Part shown: positions 14,400 through 26,970 of the stretch, in pieces
How positions within the stretch are numbered: the first letter of the stretch is position 1
Layout: the number at the start of each line of letters is the position of its first letter
From: Lingula anatina
Taxonomy: Eukaryota; Animalia; Brachiopoda
Assembly (NCBI GenBank): GCA_051362555.1
Contig: CM120645.1
Coordinates: 9,486,001-9,550,000, forward strand
Direction of reading: 5' to 3'
DNA: 64,000 nt
The notes under the pieces: model-generated
Seen by the model: only the letters and a program-made list of their open reading frames with translations
Databases searched by the model: none
Told to the model about the DNA's origin: nothing
Program-made: the position numbers and the translations under genes

Positions 14400-17300
14400 T
14401 TGTTCAAGATCAAACAGAGTAATTTTAAAAACCTAGGAATCAAATAAGACAGGTAAAAATGATAAGCTAACCAAAAGAAATGATAAAATTTATCTGTATT
14501 CCAAAACATGACACACCAGACACTAAAATTATAATGCACTCCAAATATATATATATAAAGATATATACCACATATACAAGTATGTATAAAACTCACCCGA
14601 TTGGATTCCTAAACAAGGTTTTGCAAAGTTTCAAAAATTACAAGCAATAATCATTCAAGGGCATGCAATTTAAGCAATAATTTGAATGCCAGAAATACAT
14701 GTCATGCAGCAAAAGTATGAAGGATAATTTTTACATGCAGTATAATGATCATTCACATATATCATGCAATATAATGTTGTGTTCTCCAAGCAAGAAAAGA
14801 TTCATTTGTTTTGTTTGGTAGAGGTGTTATGGATATAGCTAAATAATATGCTGGGTAGAATGAATATTATATCACATTATCGACTATAATTTCAATATAT
14901 TTTAGTACAATTAAGATAATGTTCATTTCTGAAGCAACATTTCTCACTTTCTTTCAGTATCACAGTTGCTTTCTTATAAACAAAAATAAATGTGTATTTT
15001 TTATAAAGTTACTGAATGTAGAGAAATTATCTAGTGCAAAATGGGAGAGACATGGAAAAAAACATTGTTTTAGATTATGTGTCCTGTTTCTTAAAATTAT
15101 ACTTTTTATAGTTAAGTCTAGGTTATCTATCACCAGTGCTTTCTTTTAAAATATATGCATATAAAGAGCAGAACAAAATTATATAACTAGGTAATCTAAA
15201 CATTTTCCTACTTCACCTACACACCCTGTGTTAGTTTTCAACCTTTTCAGGCGCATGCAGTGCTTAGATTTCCATGCGTTTTAGTTTGAAAATATGGATT
15301 ATTTCGTCATTATACTTATCATTTCTTTAGTTATTAATACTAGAGTAAAAGAAAGGTCTAATGGCATCAATGCCTGCTGTAAGGAAATGCAGCGTTAGGC
15401 TGTTAACTTATGAATAAAGCTATAAATTAGACATGAACATGGCATCTTTTCATTTCATGGGAACAATAAATCATTAAGATGGCCAAAAATTTTGTAAATC
15501 TTTAATCAACAACTTCACATTCACTTATTTTTTCTGTAAAGAAAAAAATATGAACCTTACTTTTGAAATAACATCTCAAAGGTGACAAACATACAGCTAT
15601 GTCAACATCATTTGTATCTTTAACTTAACAAAACATTTTCTTCTTCACCCACAGAAGAATAAATTTTACCTCAAAATATTCCCTAGTCCTTCTAGCTTTG
15701 GTTGTTTCTTCATGCCAGTTATCAAATATCACTTTAGCAATGGCACAAAAGAACACACGCTGTATCTTGTTATATGCCACTGGAAAAATATCAAATTAAT
15801 TATAGTAAGGCCTCAGATTCTTATGCCTGATTCAGTTAAAATCAAACTCCTATATAATTGTTATCTATCATATCATAACACCATAGGCAACTTATGTATT
15901 TAACCTTTTCATCTATTCTTATATAAAAACTGAACATTGCTATATTACAAATAAATTATTACTGGTAAATTATTGATTAATGAAACAGATTTCAATATAA
16001 ATGTAAGTTAACAAAACAAAGTCAACTCACTGGACTGGACTCCCTTTCTGAAGTTCATCCATTGCTGTGTAAGAAGTTAAGGAAAATCATTCAAATCTGA
16101 ACTGCTCTGAAAAAAAAAGCAAGAGCAATGCAGTGATGGGTGTGAATGGCAAAAGGGCCATTCATGTTTGACTGCCCCACCCACCCACCCAAAGGTGATA
16201 AAATGACCAGATCAGACCACATTTAACAAAGGATACAGTCCACTCATTGAGGGCCAGTCTCATCAGTCTGTGTGCATAGTGAGTGACAGCCTCACACCAC
16301 TTCCTCTCCATGTCCATCCTCTTCTGCTTCTTCACCAGGTGGAACTGCATCCAGCCACTGGAATGGCATGAACAAAGTCATGAAAAATGTTATGAATGAA
16401 GTCACAAATGGTGACATGAATTTAGTCATGAACAATGTCATGAATGAAGTCAAGAACAGTGACATGAATTCAGTCATGCATAATGTCATGAACAACATCA
16501 TGAATAAAGTCACAAACAGTGACATGTACAGAGTCATGCAGAAAGTCCTGGGCAAAGTCATGAACAATGACATGAACAATGACATAAAAATGTTATGAAC
16601 TACGCATGTCATGTGGTTTTAAGGTTTCATGAACTACGGTGGTTTTATGAACTACAGTGTCATGTATAAAGGAATAAGTTATCTTGACCATCATCTTTAT
16701 TGACATAATTCCAAAAGAAAAATTCCTCAAAAAGTTTTTATCTTTAAAAAAAATATCACTATAAGTAGAGGTATGCTTACTGAAAACACATGGACCGCAG
16801 ACGAGAGTTGTAGAAACTGAAGGCTTTAGCGTACATCTCTGGAGTTGGTTGCTGTGGAGAAAAAATGTAACAGTTGTTTTGAATATGAAACACAAAAGCT
16901 TATGTTCACGCTTGGAGATATGATGGCATTTCACATGAGGCAAGAGAAAAAATTAGTAAAAGGTAGTTTATTTTTGTATATTCAGACAACGATACAAAGA
17001 ACAATACTAGTATAATAAATTTTATTTCCTACCAAAGGACAATTCAAACAAATATTCAGATGGGTCTCAATTTAACTAAATATAAAGGAAGAAAAAATTC
17101 CAAATCACCAAAGAATAGTCATCTAAGTTGAAAATGTAGTCCAGATTACTCTCAGTTATAACTCTCCTCCTGGGGCGCATCTCTTCTTCCACAAACATGT
17201 CCCTGGAATTTAAGAAGAATGTGGACCTTTTGACAGCAAACGACTTAATACTGAACTATATCAGCAATAGTAAGGCATTCAGATTTCTAAATATATAGGC

Positions 17301-18361
17301 TTAAAACATAAGAAATTTATAAGACTATAGTAATATCTTACTTATATAGTGAGGTTATTCAAAAACTACCCCCCCCCTCCCCCTGGTTAAAAAAAATGGA
17401 GTTGAATCTAAAGGGATGAAAAATATATTTCTTCCTATGAGCTAGTAACAATTGTATGTGATCCATTAAGGCCCTGTGATGAAAGGCTAGAACATGTTTC
17501 ACAGGACAACATGTCAAGTTTAATCAGAACCCATTTATTTTTTAACCATCATTAGACAAGTCACAAGAGAGAAAATTAATGCAAACAACTACTCATATTT
17601 CACCACCCTGTATCTCCTTCTTACCACTGCAAGCATCTAAGGCCATATTTCTGGATATGTCTCAAGCATTTGACTATAAATGCCTTAGGATCATCAGGGC
17701 ACATCACTGCCAGTCCTGTCAGCAAAGCCTGGAATGAATTGAAATACCCAGTATGCATATTTCCATTATACCAGTTCACTACATCATGGGCATTGGCATC
17801 ATAACAAAGTGGTACATATTCCAAACACGAAGAGTAATTTATACAATAAAATTAGTAAAATCATAAAATGGAAAATTAAGTTAATGTTGGTCTCAAAATA
17901 CTGACTATCACATACTGAACATGGATATCTCTACTAAAATGACTACAGAATACAACTAATGCACAATTTGCTTGGTATTTTTCTTATATCTTGGATTCAT
18001 ACAGGCAATTTAGAAGATGGCCATAATTATATTATCGCATAATATAAAACACAGTGAACATGTGCGTTTTTATTATTTATTTATTTCAAATGGGTAAATT
18101 CAAATTTTAAGAATGCCAGATAAAGGTTAACACACATAAAAAGACAGATATAAGGTAAACTAAATAAACCAAAATCTACATAGACATGTCATAAAGAGAG
18201 AACATGCATGTTCAACCGTTGCTCAAAGTTTAAGTTTTAATTTTAAATCGTATAACGTCAAATTATTATGTGAAATGTCTTACCTCATAAACGTCTGGCA
18301 GTCGATTTATGCGGAGATATTTCTTTAATTCGGGGTCTATCCCCTTTAGAGATGCAGCCAT
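2551..18361 (-). CDS. FBXL13: F-box and leucine-rich repeat protein 13 (dynein regulatory complex subunit 6), 22 coding exons
   Basis: Phase-consistent GT-AG exons (minus): 18284-18361 (MAASLKGIDPELKKYLRINRLPDVYE), 17625-17728 (ALLTGLAVMCPDDPKAFI), 17109-17202, 16781-16851 (PTPEMYAKAFSFY), 16237-16357, 16031-16064, 15670-15779, 11585-11692, 11319-11414 (F-box IFSYVDIDDLARCAQVCRSWK), 11083-11108, 7691-7853, 7207-7307, 6706-6835 (NLQYLSLAFCKRFTDKGLQYL), 6303-6401, 6015-6135, 5540-5702, 5090-5209, 4661-4787, 3824-4042, 3335-3417, 2857-2937, 2551-2629 (TGA). The N-terminal region, F-box and cysteine-containing LRRs match my recollection of vertebrate FBXL13. Confidence 0.9.
4305..4723. repeat. 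Three-copy 93-bp tandem duplication of the 3' half of an FBXL13 exon plus its donor, interrupted by a MITE
   Basis: The unit tctgcacagtgacaaccagagatatctaaacacacc...gtcccagtag recurs at 4665, 4572 and 4307. Spacings are 93 and 265 (= 93 + 166 MITE + 6 TSD). Confidence 0.9.
4397..4562. mobile_element. Non-autonomous DNA transposon (MITE), 166 bp
   Basis: Perfect 15-bp TIRs CAGGGGCGTAACCAG (4397-4411) / CTGGTTACGCCCCTG (4548-4562). 6-bp TSD ATTACC at 4391-4396 and 4563-4568. Confidence 0.9.
6500..6690. repeat. Degenerate ~20-bp minisatellite
   Basis: Repeated tgttgacctttgtcagttta-like units in an FBXL13 intron. Confidence 0.75.
7237..7424. repeat. 93-bp tandem duplication of an FBXL13 splice acceptor plus the 5' part of its exon
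   Basis: atattggtatgagatatgttgagatagagaag...aacttcatgctactgtcctgtaacacag occurs twice, with acceptors at 7308-7310 and 7401-7403 (93 bp apart). Confidence 0.9.
8974..9181. mobile_element. PIF/Harbinger-type MITE, 208 bp
   Basis: TIRs GACTGCATTCCCACAGATTTT / AAAATCTGTGGGAATGCAGTC, flanked by TTA at 8971-8973 and 9182-9184. A 3-bp TWA TSD is typical of PIF/Harbinger. Confidence 0.85.
9201..9360. mobile_element. Fold-back element / MITE remnant next to the Harbinger MITE
   Basis: About 40-bp imperfect inverted arms: tggggactctctgaatgcaatcatattaacagattaacac (9201-9240) / gtgttaatctgttaatcggattgcattcagcaagagtcccca (9319-9360). No clear TSD. Confidence 0.6.
10289..10372. repeat. 13-14-bp tandem repeat (tgtcacaggtgaaa / tgtcacaggcgag)
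   Basis: Six adjacent tgtcacagg units. Confidence 0.85.
14329..14395. repeat. Compound (CT)n/(CA)n microsatellite
   Basis: Visible directly in the sequence. Confidence 0.9.
16367..16590. repeat. 12-bp-unit minisatellite (tcatgaacaatg-like) abutting an FBXL13 acceptor
   Basis: catgaa recurs every 12 bp. This explains the repetitive ORFs 16292..16612 and 16368..16598. Confidence 0.85.
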
Positions 18362-18980
18362 TGTGATTTTGAGGAGTTATTCTGTGTAAAAATGCACTGT
18401 TTTCTGTTAAAGAACAATATAAGTCAGGTATATGATCGCAATCGACCAAAACACCTGCAATATTCCACCATGTTGTTTGCGAATAGCAACAGCAATACCC
18501 GGATGTAATTCCAAGACGGGCTAGAGCCGCAGTAAACAGGAAGCTGACAATCCACGTCCTTACTTGTAGACTAAAACATGTGTCCCGCAAGAATTACACG
18601 AGTAAAACGCCAAAATAAATACGCCCTAGAAATGAATTCTAAAAATAACGGCCAGATAAGATATACTTTCTTTCAAAATTATTTTCTACAGGGACACCGA
18701 AATAAATCATTAAAGACCAAAACAATGTTTGAGAAAATTGGATGTCTTAAGGTCACGGGGCGCATTTTGGACGCACGTTGGGAATATCCTATGTCTAGCA
18801 ACTGCGATGCGGGTGGCTGTTAAATCGGTCTGTCAAGTGCACTTTGGTGAGAAATGTTGTGATTGATAATACCACGGGTCGTTAACTAACTCACTCATGC
18901 GTTACATGCATGTGCGCTTCATATAGGCCTACCACACATATAGGGGCCTATATCTCTTTTCTCGGCGTCCGTCGTTTACT

Positions 18981-19111
18981 GAAAAACCGAGGTGATGATG
19001 CTCAGATATCGCCAATTTCTTTATCGCTTTTTCGTCTTTCTTGTTTTGAAAAACCGAGGCGATGATGCTCATATATCGCCAATTTCTTTATCGCTTTTTC
19101 GTCTTTCTTGT
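18981..19111. repeat. 67-bp tandem duplication in the FBXL13-CLN3 intergenic region
   Basis: gaaaaaccgaggYgatgatgctcaKatatcgccaatttctttatcgctttttcgtctttcttg occurs at 18981 and 19048. Confidence 0.85.
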
Positions 19112-20979
19112 AAAAATAACCAGAGGAGTTAAATTTTGCAATGCAATTTTCATTTCTCAAACCGATGTAGGCCTTCGAATTTCTTACTATAATCTGAATA
19201 TGACCTTCTGAATTAGGCCTACGCCACTTCGGCATCATATCAAAAAGCACAGGCTGCGCAAGTAATAAAATATAGGCCTACATGTAGGCCTGCTTACAAT
19301 TAGGCTAATGTAATGCAATCAGCAGTGCCTAGGCTACTCGAGTAGTCAGAATCAGTAGCCTTGTGAAGGCATGCTTATTATTGTTTTTATGTTGGATCGA
19401 TCCTAGATTGATTTATTGCTACTTTAATTTGAAACAAAGAAAATAATTGAAAGTACATCGGCGTGATGTCATTTTGATTTAGCAAGTTTTTTATATCAGA
19501 GAAGCTACTATTTACTTTTTTGTATCTTCGTTAAATACCCACTCCTAATCCACGTCTTAATGATAGATTTCGGACAACCCGCTCTATTATGATTAATTAA
19601 TTTGTTTCCAAATATGAGCAGACGCGCTTTTAAAATTTTTACTTCTTCAAATTAAAAAAAGTGGGACAGAAACATGCTTAAGTGAGCTATCGAAGTAGGC
19701 TTAAAGGAAAATTTCAATTAGGGATGAAAATTCGAAACAACAGATTTTCGGAATTAAAAACGTTCGAATGGATGCTTGGAGTAAAAATACTTCGTAATAG
19801 CCAGATGACCCCGTCAGCTTTTTTTTAATTATTATTTTTGATTTTCTCGCTTCAATGACCCTGGTCACTCTGCCTCCCTCTCCCTCCCTTTGGCTGTACT
19901 TTGGCTGTACCTTGTTCTTCTTTTCTTTTTCGCCAATAAGTCAATTGAGACAGACGGGCAGATATATAGTTTTCTGCTACATAGTTTATTTAGGGCTAAA
20001 ACTCAAGCGTGTAGGCCCTTCCACTGTAAAGCCCTCTATATACATCTGTCTGTCCCTCAAGCATCGGTCTCCCTCTCCCTCTCTTACCTCTTTTATCCCT
20101 AAACTCAATTGGCATTTTACAAGTACTTTATCTAAAATGCAACCTGACACACACACTGTGTAAATGCCCCAAATATATAATTATTATAAGTACATTTAAA
20201 AAAAAATTGTATTTTAATATGTATGTTAAAACCAATATGCAAATCACATCCAAGCTTAAACTACTATCAATGGTTCCGACAACCTGATCCTATCTTTTAA
20301 AGGAAGTGTGACGAAAGGGAACACACAAATGCAAACATTTTCAACTTTATTACAATATTTAAGAATATATCTTGTGATCAACTAAACAAGGTAACTATCG
20401 GACAGAAATCTTATTAAAAAAACACCCCTTTCCCTTGCTATAAAAACAATCATTTTATAACTATTTGATATTTCTTTCCCGTCTAAGTAGACCATATTTC
20501 CTCAAACTGCATTACTGATAAGAGAATACACTAACAGCCTTTAAGGTAATGTAAATTATATGCCTGTGGTGGACTTGTGTAGATAATTTAAACTGCACCC
20601 GCTGCTTTAAGACCGCTAAACAGAGCATTTTAGTATAAAAAAAACCTTCTCCTTAAATTTATCAGCTGGATGTTACTAGATCAGAGATCGCTTTAATATT
20701 CCAATATTGGCGTCCTGCCACTAACAGTCCCAGCCTCTTACTTATATTTAAAAAAAGACTTTAACTGGCCTATCGCCCGGTAAGTGCACGGCTGGTATAG
20801 GGACCTAATCAAGTACCCCGTTTGACAGGTGGCGCTCATAAGGTGACAAATGCAGTAAGTGTCCTAGTGTCTAGTATATAGGCTCTTCCCTGGTCCTGGG
20901 ACTAATCTATATTGACCAATAGTGGACCTGTATATAGCCTGTCATCACGATATCTTGCGATTCAGTGATCAACAAAGAG

Positions 20980-23900
20980 ATGGATATAGAAGAGGAAGGT
21001 AAAGTTTAATATGGACATCGGGCTCTTTGCATTGTTGACTATTGTGCTTCTAATTGTAAAATTTTTGCAAATATATATGTGGTTTATCATCATTCATTTT
21101 TCTGAATCTTAACCAGTTAAAACTCAATTTGCCTTTGAGTGTGTGACTGTCAACAAAACTAATAGTGATTGTTTAATCTTAACTATAGAATGATTCGTTT
21201 TTCCCATTCTTAACATATATTTAATTTTGGAATTCCCGGACGTCTTTATACTTTAGAACAACCAAAGTCTAAATGGGATCTACGGCGGAATTTAGCAGGG
21301 TTTTGGCTCCTTGGTCTTTGCGACTACTTTCCATACGTAGTTATGCTGAGTGCTGCAAAAGAAATACTCCGTGATAGTGACAACTCCGACAATCTACAAC
21401 CGGTAATGTTACTTTTATCGTGATGTTTGTGGGAAGATGGGGGAAAGAGCACTTGTTAAGGATTCCTGATTTCTTACTTGAATGTAGACCCCCTCCTCTT
21501 CTCTACTTGTACCAGAAGACAGCTACATTTAGCTGACGACGAAGCTGGTGAGCAAAAATTCTTGCTGAACACAAAAAAGAAAAGTACAGAGCTGGTGAAT
21601 AGAAAGAAATATGTGTGAATGTCTAGTATACAATGTAGAGAAGGAAATGATCTTTGTGACCCTGGGAGAAGGTAAAAAGTATAGATAAATTGGCAGTGAA
21701 ATATCTGTGAATGCAAGTATCTAATGAAAAATCCTCCGTGACCGGTACCTTGACATAGGGTAGATTGATATATATTATTAAAAAAAATTGAGTTCGATTT
21801 ACTGATTTATTTTTTGCACCTGTTCCAGGCAAATGTTACCGGTCTTAATGACACAGAAGAGATGCAGCTTAGGTGTAATTCTGTCGGCACTGGGGTAAGT
21901 CTGGGTAATATTCATATTGTATGTGTACTGGGGGATTCGGGAGGGGCGAGGGGGGGGGGGGAACAGCGTTTACGTACCCTTTTCTTTAGCTTTGGAGGTA
22001 CTCCTCCGCTTTCTCCACTCCCCCCTCCCCTCGTAAACAAACAAAAAATATACTTAATTAAGTCGTTTTCCAACTCCTATGCCCTACAGGCCCGTAGCCA
22101 GCAAATTCAAAAGGGGGGTTCTTTTTCTGAATAAGTAGACGTTTTACAATGAAACTTATGTGTACCTACATAAAATTTTACCCAAAATGGACCTTTTCCT
22201 GACAAAAGGGGCAGTTCTTTCAAATCCCCCGACCCCCCCCCCCTGGCCACGGGCCTGCCCTATGTATAAAAGTAAAAGTCTCAAATTCTCCTCGTGTACT
22301 TTAATTTTGTAATGCTTGCTGAACGAAGCAAAATCTTTGACCCACCGGTAGTGCGTGTACTGAACCAGATGAAATGACCTACATATATTTGTGTGGATAA
22401 ATTGAGATAGGATGCACTAGCGTGACAAGCTACATGTTAAATGCAATACTTTGCACAGTGCATTATAAATATGCACACTGTGTATCTGTTATTTATAATG
22501 GAAAACAGGGAAAGCAAGGGCAAGTTTACGGTCAGTACATGACCTCGCGCTTGAGAAAACTCATATGAAACCTTTGTAAAACAAGCTTTGCTTGCTCGTA
22601 ATTAACTGTAGTACTTACAATTTCCTGGGTTAAATTTTTATATTTCATCCTGTCTTATTTTGCATTGTATCAATCTACCTAGTACGATATTTTCATTGGG
22701 TACGCACCCTTAATCAGCACCCACATTAGTCCCACTTGGGACCAACTTGGGACCCACTTGGGTGTATTGGCAGGGCTTCAACTATGGCGTCTTCCCTTTT
22801 CTTCCAGGCCGTGTTATTGGCGGACATTATCCCTGTTTTATTTATCAAGACGACTGGAGCTTTTTTCTTAAAGAAGGTCCCATACTAGTAAGTATAGATC
22901 TTCATAAGGACAGTTACTTGAACACTGTAAACGAAATGTTTTCAGATATATATCAAAGCTGGTTCAATTTTTTAAAGAAATATATTGTTGATATTTTAAT
23001 CGCCGTTAATCGGACGGATAATTCCACATTTTCTTGACACAGAATTTCTTCTGAATTGATGAACATCCGTGCAAAAATGATAAAAGTATTACCGGTGGTT
23101 TGAAGTGTAATTTTCTAGTAAAAACCATACTGATATGCATGCAGTTGCAGGGTGATGGCTGTCGTGGCGTTTGGGGCGGCCAGTTTTCTAACAGTTGCCT
23201 TGTCGTCAACCATATGGGTCAGCTTGCTTGGTACGTATACCAAACAATTACTGATCATTCCCAATGTGGCCTTCGTAGCCCGAAATCTTTCCGATCAATA
23301 CTATATATCAGTTGTGTGATGTCATGGAGTCGACTGACATTGATGATGCCTATACCACAGCGTATTAAAAATTCGGAAAGTTAGCGCAGGGTTGCTTATA
23401 ATGTGAACCCCACCCCACATCTCTCTCTCTCTCTTTTGTTCACAATCTATACGTCATTAATTTTTTTTCAGGTGTGGTATTCGCCAGTATCAGCGAGGGA
23501 TTAGGAGAAGTAACTTTCTTTCAAATGACGGCATACTTTGACCAGTAGGTGGTGATTTGTTACCTTCTACCAGGACCATAGATTGATGCTTCACACAATT
23601 CACCTCTGTGTCTCAGCAGAGAAAATTGAATTAACCAGGGACATATCCGTGGATATATCTAGTGCAAAATCATTCTTTGGTCCTGGTAGAGGGTAGTGAT
23701 TTGTTTATAATTCTTTTTCAAACAATTAAAAAAGTAACATTTTGTGTTTTTATGTGGGTTTAGGTTGGGGCGTAAAATCAGGGAATTTTTGAAAAAACTT
23801 TTTTGGGGGTTTAGGGGTGGTGATGGGAGGGGATTGTAAATGACTCCCAAAGTCCTATCATGGTCTTCAACAGATACCCCCACCCAAGGATTTTTTTTCT

Positions 23901-25406
23901 TAAACACGGTACTAGATACCATAATCATATTCTCTATCATTGCCGTTTTCAGGAACGTCGTGTCAGCTTTTTCCTCAGGCACAGGGGCGGCGGGTTTCCT
24001 TGGCGCTCTCACATACGCAGGACTCCGAACGGCCGGCGTCTCAGCCAGAAATTGTCTGTTCTTCATGCTTGTCTACCCGGCCATCATGGGCGCCACCTAT
24101 TTTCTGCTTCTTGTCAAACCTCCAGAACTCAGCGCCCCCTGCTCAAAAGTTAACCGTTATGATAAGTTGATTCAAAGTAATGATAAGAACAATTCAGATA
24201 GGAATGATACAGGTGAGGTTGATATTTCGAACTTATTTGACTCTCTATATTAGATTTAGCTTTTATAGTAGGCCTACGCGGTTTGTCATCATTTGTGCAA
24301 AGTTATTTTTTCATCATTCATTCATAATTTTTGTTCATTTTGACATTTTCAGTTGTTGTATTCGACTTGTTTATTGTGGATATAATATTTTAGCTTATTT
24401 TGTTTTTATTTTTTAGTCGAAGGTATTTCGAATTATTCATTAAAGGAAAAAATCAAACTTGTGAAGGTAGGTAGTTACAGATAATCCAACGTCTGTTATG
24501 ACTCGAACGTATTCACAAGATTTTGTGACTTTTTTATAATTATAAAAAATTTGTATTAAAAGAAGATTGCTGATATTTCAAACAAATATCGGAACATGTA
24601 GATCTCTATATACGGCATCGACATTTAGCAGCGTAAAACGTATAAAAACGTTCATAACTGATTTGACACAAAATGCCACATCTTTTTTCCCATGAATTCC
24701 TTAAATGTTATAGATTATAGTTACATTCAATTAAATTATACTAATTTTCAGCCTTTGTTAAAGTACATGGTACCGCTAGGACTGGTTTACTTTCTGGAAT
24801 ACTTTATAAATCAAGGGTTGGTGAGTAACAGATACAGCTATATTCCTGCCCAGTACCTTGCTATAAGAAACGTCTTGCTGTTTATTTTGCCATCGGCATT
24901 AAAGCCTTTAGGCGGAATTCTTTGTGATTAGATTAAGTGAGCTATCAGAACAAAGTTGGCAAGTCTGGTTATACACGATTAATTAGTTGTTTTAAAATTG
25001 CTAATTACATCTTGTCATTGATCAGTCACTGTTGCGCAGTCCATTTTCGTACATCTATTTCAGTACGAAGTCTTGTATTTCAATGGCATCTGGTTGACGA
25101 CAGACGAACAGTACGAATGGTAGGTATATATAGGCCTATTTGTACTAATAAAATGATTTTTTTGTTCATACGGAAAAGCCTAAACACCCAAAAACCTTAA
25201 ACTTTTCAATTTTAGGTTAAATTTCCATTATATTGGCGAATAAAACCGTATTATTATTTGACTTTTTTTTTTTACAAGAAGAAAGGTTTCACGTAGGGTG
25301 GGGTGCAGGGCTTCTGGCATTGTGGGATCGATTGCAAATTTAAAGTGCAATCATCGACGGGTTAACCTGCGTTCTTGTGGAACCGGTAACTTAACCGCCT
25401 CCACTT

Positions 25407-25444
<38 letters not shown>

Positions 25445-26292
25445 CGGAGAAGGAGAAAGAGAGGGAGGTTTTTTAAAGTAAAGTATAATTCTGGTCTTCC
25501 TCTGTGTCAGGTACCAGATGGACTACCAGCTCGGGGTGTTCTTATCCAGATCTTCAGTCAATTTGATTCAAATCAACAAAATTTGGGTTTTCCCCATTTG
25601 GCAGGTAATGATTTTAAATGATTTCTTTAATTTGAAAAAAAGGCGTGCAACAGAGATGAATATTGCTAAGGAACCATAAAGGTTTAGACATAATTTGTAG
25701 GATATCTATTGAAAATCAAGATTAGAATTGGTTGACTCTGATTTTGCGTTTTGCGGCAATTATTTTCAAATTGTGGTTTCTGTAAGTTGAAACGGACATG
25801 CTTACTGTACGTCATCTTTCTTTCAGGGTATCAACCTTGGGGTATTGGCTGCTAATGCTGTGTATCGGTTCATTCCAAGCATCTGGATCATCTTGACTCT
25901 GATCTTCTGGGAGGGACTGCTAGGAGGCGCCACCTTCGTCAATACTTTTTATAGAATTAGAAAGGAGGTAAAGTACATGAGCGAACTTGGGCACGTGCGT
26001 GTGTGTGTGCGTTGAAGTGTGTGTGTTTTAATGAAACGCGACTGAAGATTTAAGACGGTCTGGTTATAAGACAGACCTACTTACAGAATGACACGCCCAC
26101 TTTCGATCAAACTCTTTGAATAGGTGTAGATTTCGCCGTGATTTTAACTCGTTTTCTTTTTACCTTCAGGTTCGGGAGGAGCACCGCGAATTCAGCATGG
26201 GCGTAGTAACCCTGGCAGACGCTGTTGGAATATTTATTGCCGGGGCAGCAGCTTTACCGTTACACACTTATCTGTGCAATATGTACACGTGA
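20980..26292 (+). CDS. CLN3: Battenin / CLN3-family lysosomal MFS-type transporter (divergent homologue), 13 coding exons
   Basis: Phase-consistent exons: 20980-20998, 21257-21402 ([28 protein letters not shown]), 21829-21894 (CNSVGTG), 22808-22887 (AVLLADIIP), 23145-23230, 23472-23544 (GVVFASISEGLGEVTF), 23953-24212 (SSGTGAAGFLGAL), 24417-24466, 24752-24820 (YMVPLGLVYFLEYFINQGL), 25064-25119, 25511-25604 (YQMDYQLGVFLSRSS), 25827-25967 (WEGLLGGATFVNTF), 26170-26292 (HREFSMG...TGA). These are hallmark CLN3/Btn1 motifs. Confidence 0.92.
22087..22257. mobile_element. Non-autonomous DNA transposon (MITE), 171 bp
   Basis: TIRs CAGGCCCGTAGCCAG / CTGGCCACGGGCCTG (1 mismatch). Direct repeat CCCTA at 22082-22086 and 22258-22262. 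Confidence 0.85.
25408..25442. repeat. (GA)n microsatellite
   Basis: Visible directly in the sequence. Confidence 0.9.
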
Positions 26293-26970
26293 TGAACTGA
26301 CGTCACGTCGGTGTAAGAGTGTGACGTCACGTTTCAGATATGACGACTGTGGCAGTAGACAGGCATTATCAGGGATTGTAACTTTGTAGTTTGAATATGA
26401 ATGGCGTGATGGTGTGACACATACCGGTAAAACAGGAACTTACACAAGTGCGAACTTACACATGTGGGAGTGTTCATCCTAGATGCCATTACATAAAATA
26501 CAGTGTACGACAACAAATTTTCTCTGTCACAGAACTTATAGTATTATTTACTCAGGAATTGAATATACCTGTCCTTATGTATTATAACTATATCTGACCT
26601 CACTTTCCCTGGTGCTAAAATAATTGTGTTAAATTTACATATTTAAATATTAAAAAAAGCAAATTGACAACTGTTTTGTCAAGCAGTTTTTTATTATTAT
26701 TATTACTATTAGATGCTTTCAACAAGTGACATCTAAAAATTCCTGAGCCAATCTTACAATAACCTGTAGACTTCAAACTTATTGTCTGACACCTCCCATG
26801 AAAACACTCACAAGGGGGCGCTGAACTCCCACATATAGGATCCACTTCAGTAACATCCTCTTCTTGACACAATTCTTTTTAATTCTTAAATTTGATTAAA
26901 TCTTATCAAGAATTTGGATAAAATTAAATACTATGACTAAGGACAGGACCAGAAATGTGATCTTTCAAAA

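Noticed and set aside
16292-16612. Repetitive M/F/T-rich and M/N/V-rich ORFs on both strands
   Set aside because: Translation artefacts of a 12-bp-unit minisatellite inside an FBXL13 intron.
23659-24066. 135-aa minus-strand ORF
   Set aside because: Antisense shadow of the GC-rich CLN3 exon 23953-24212.
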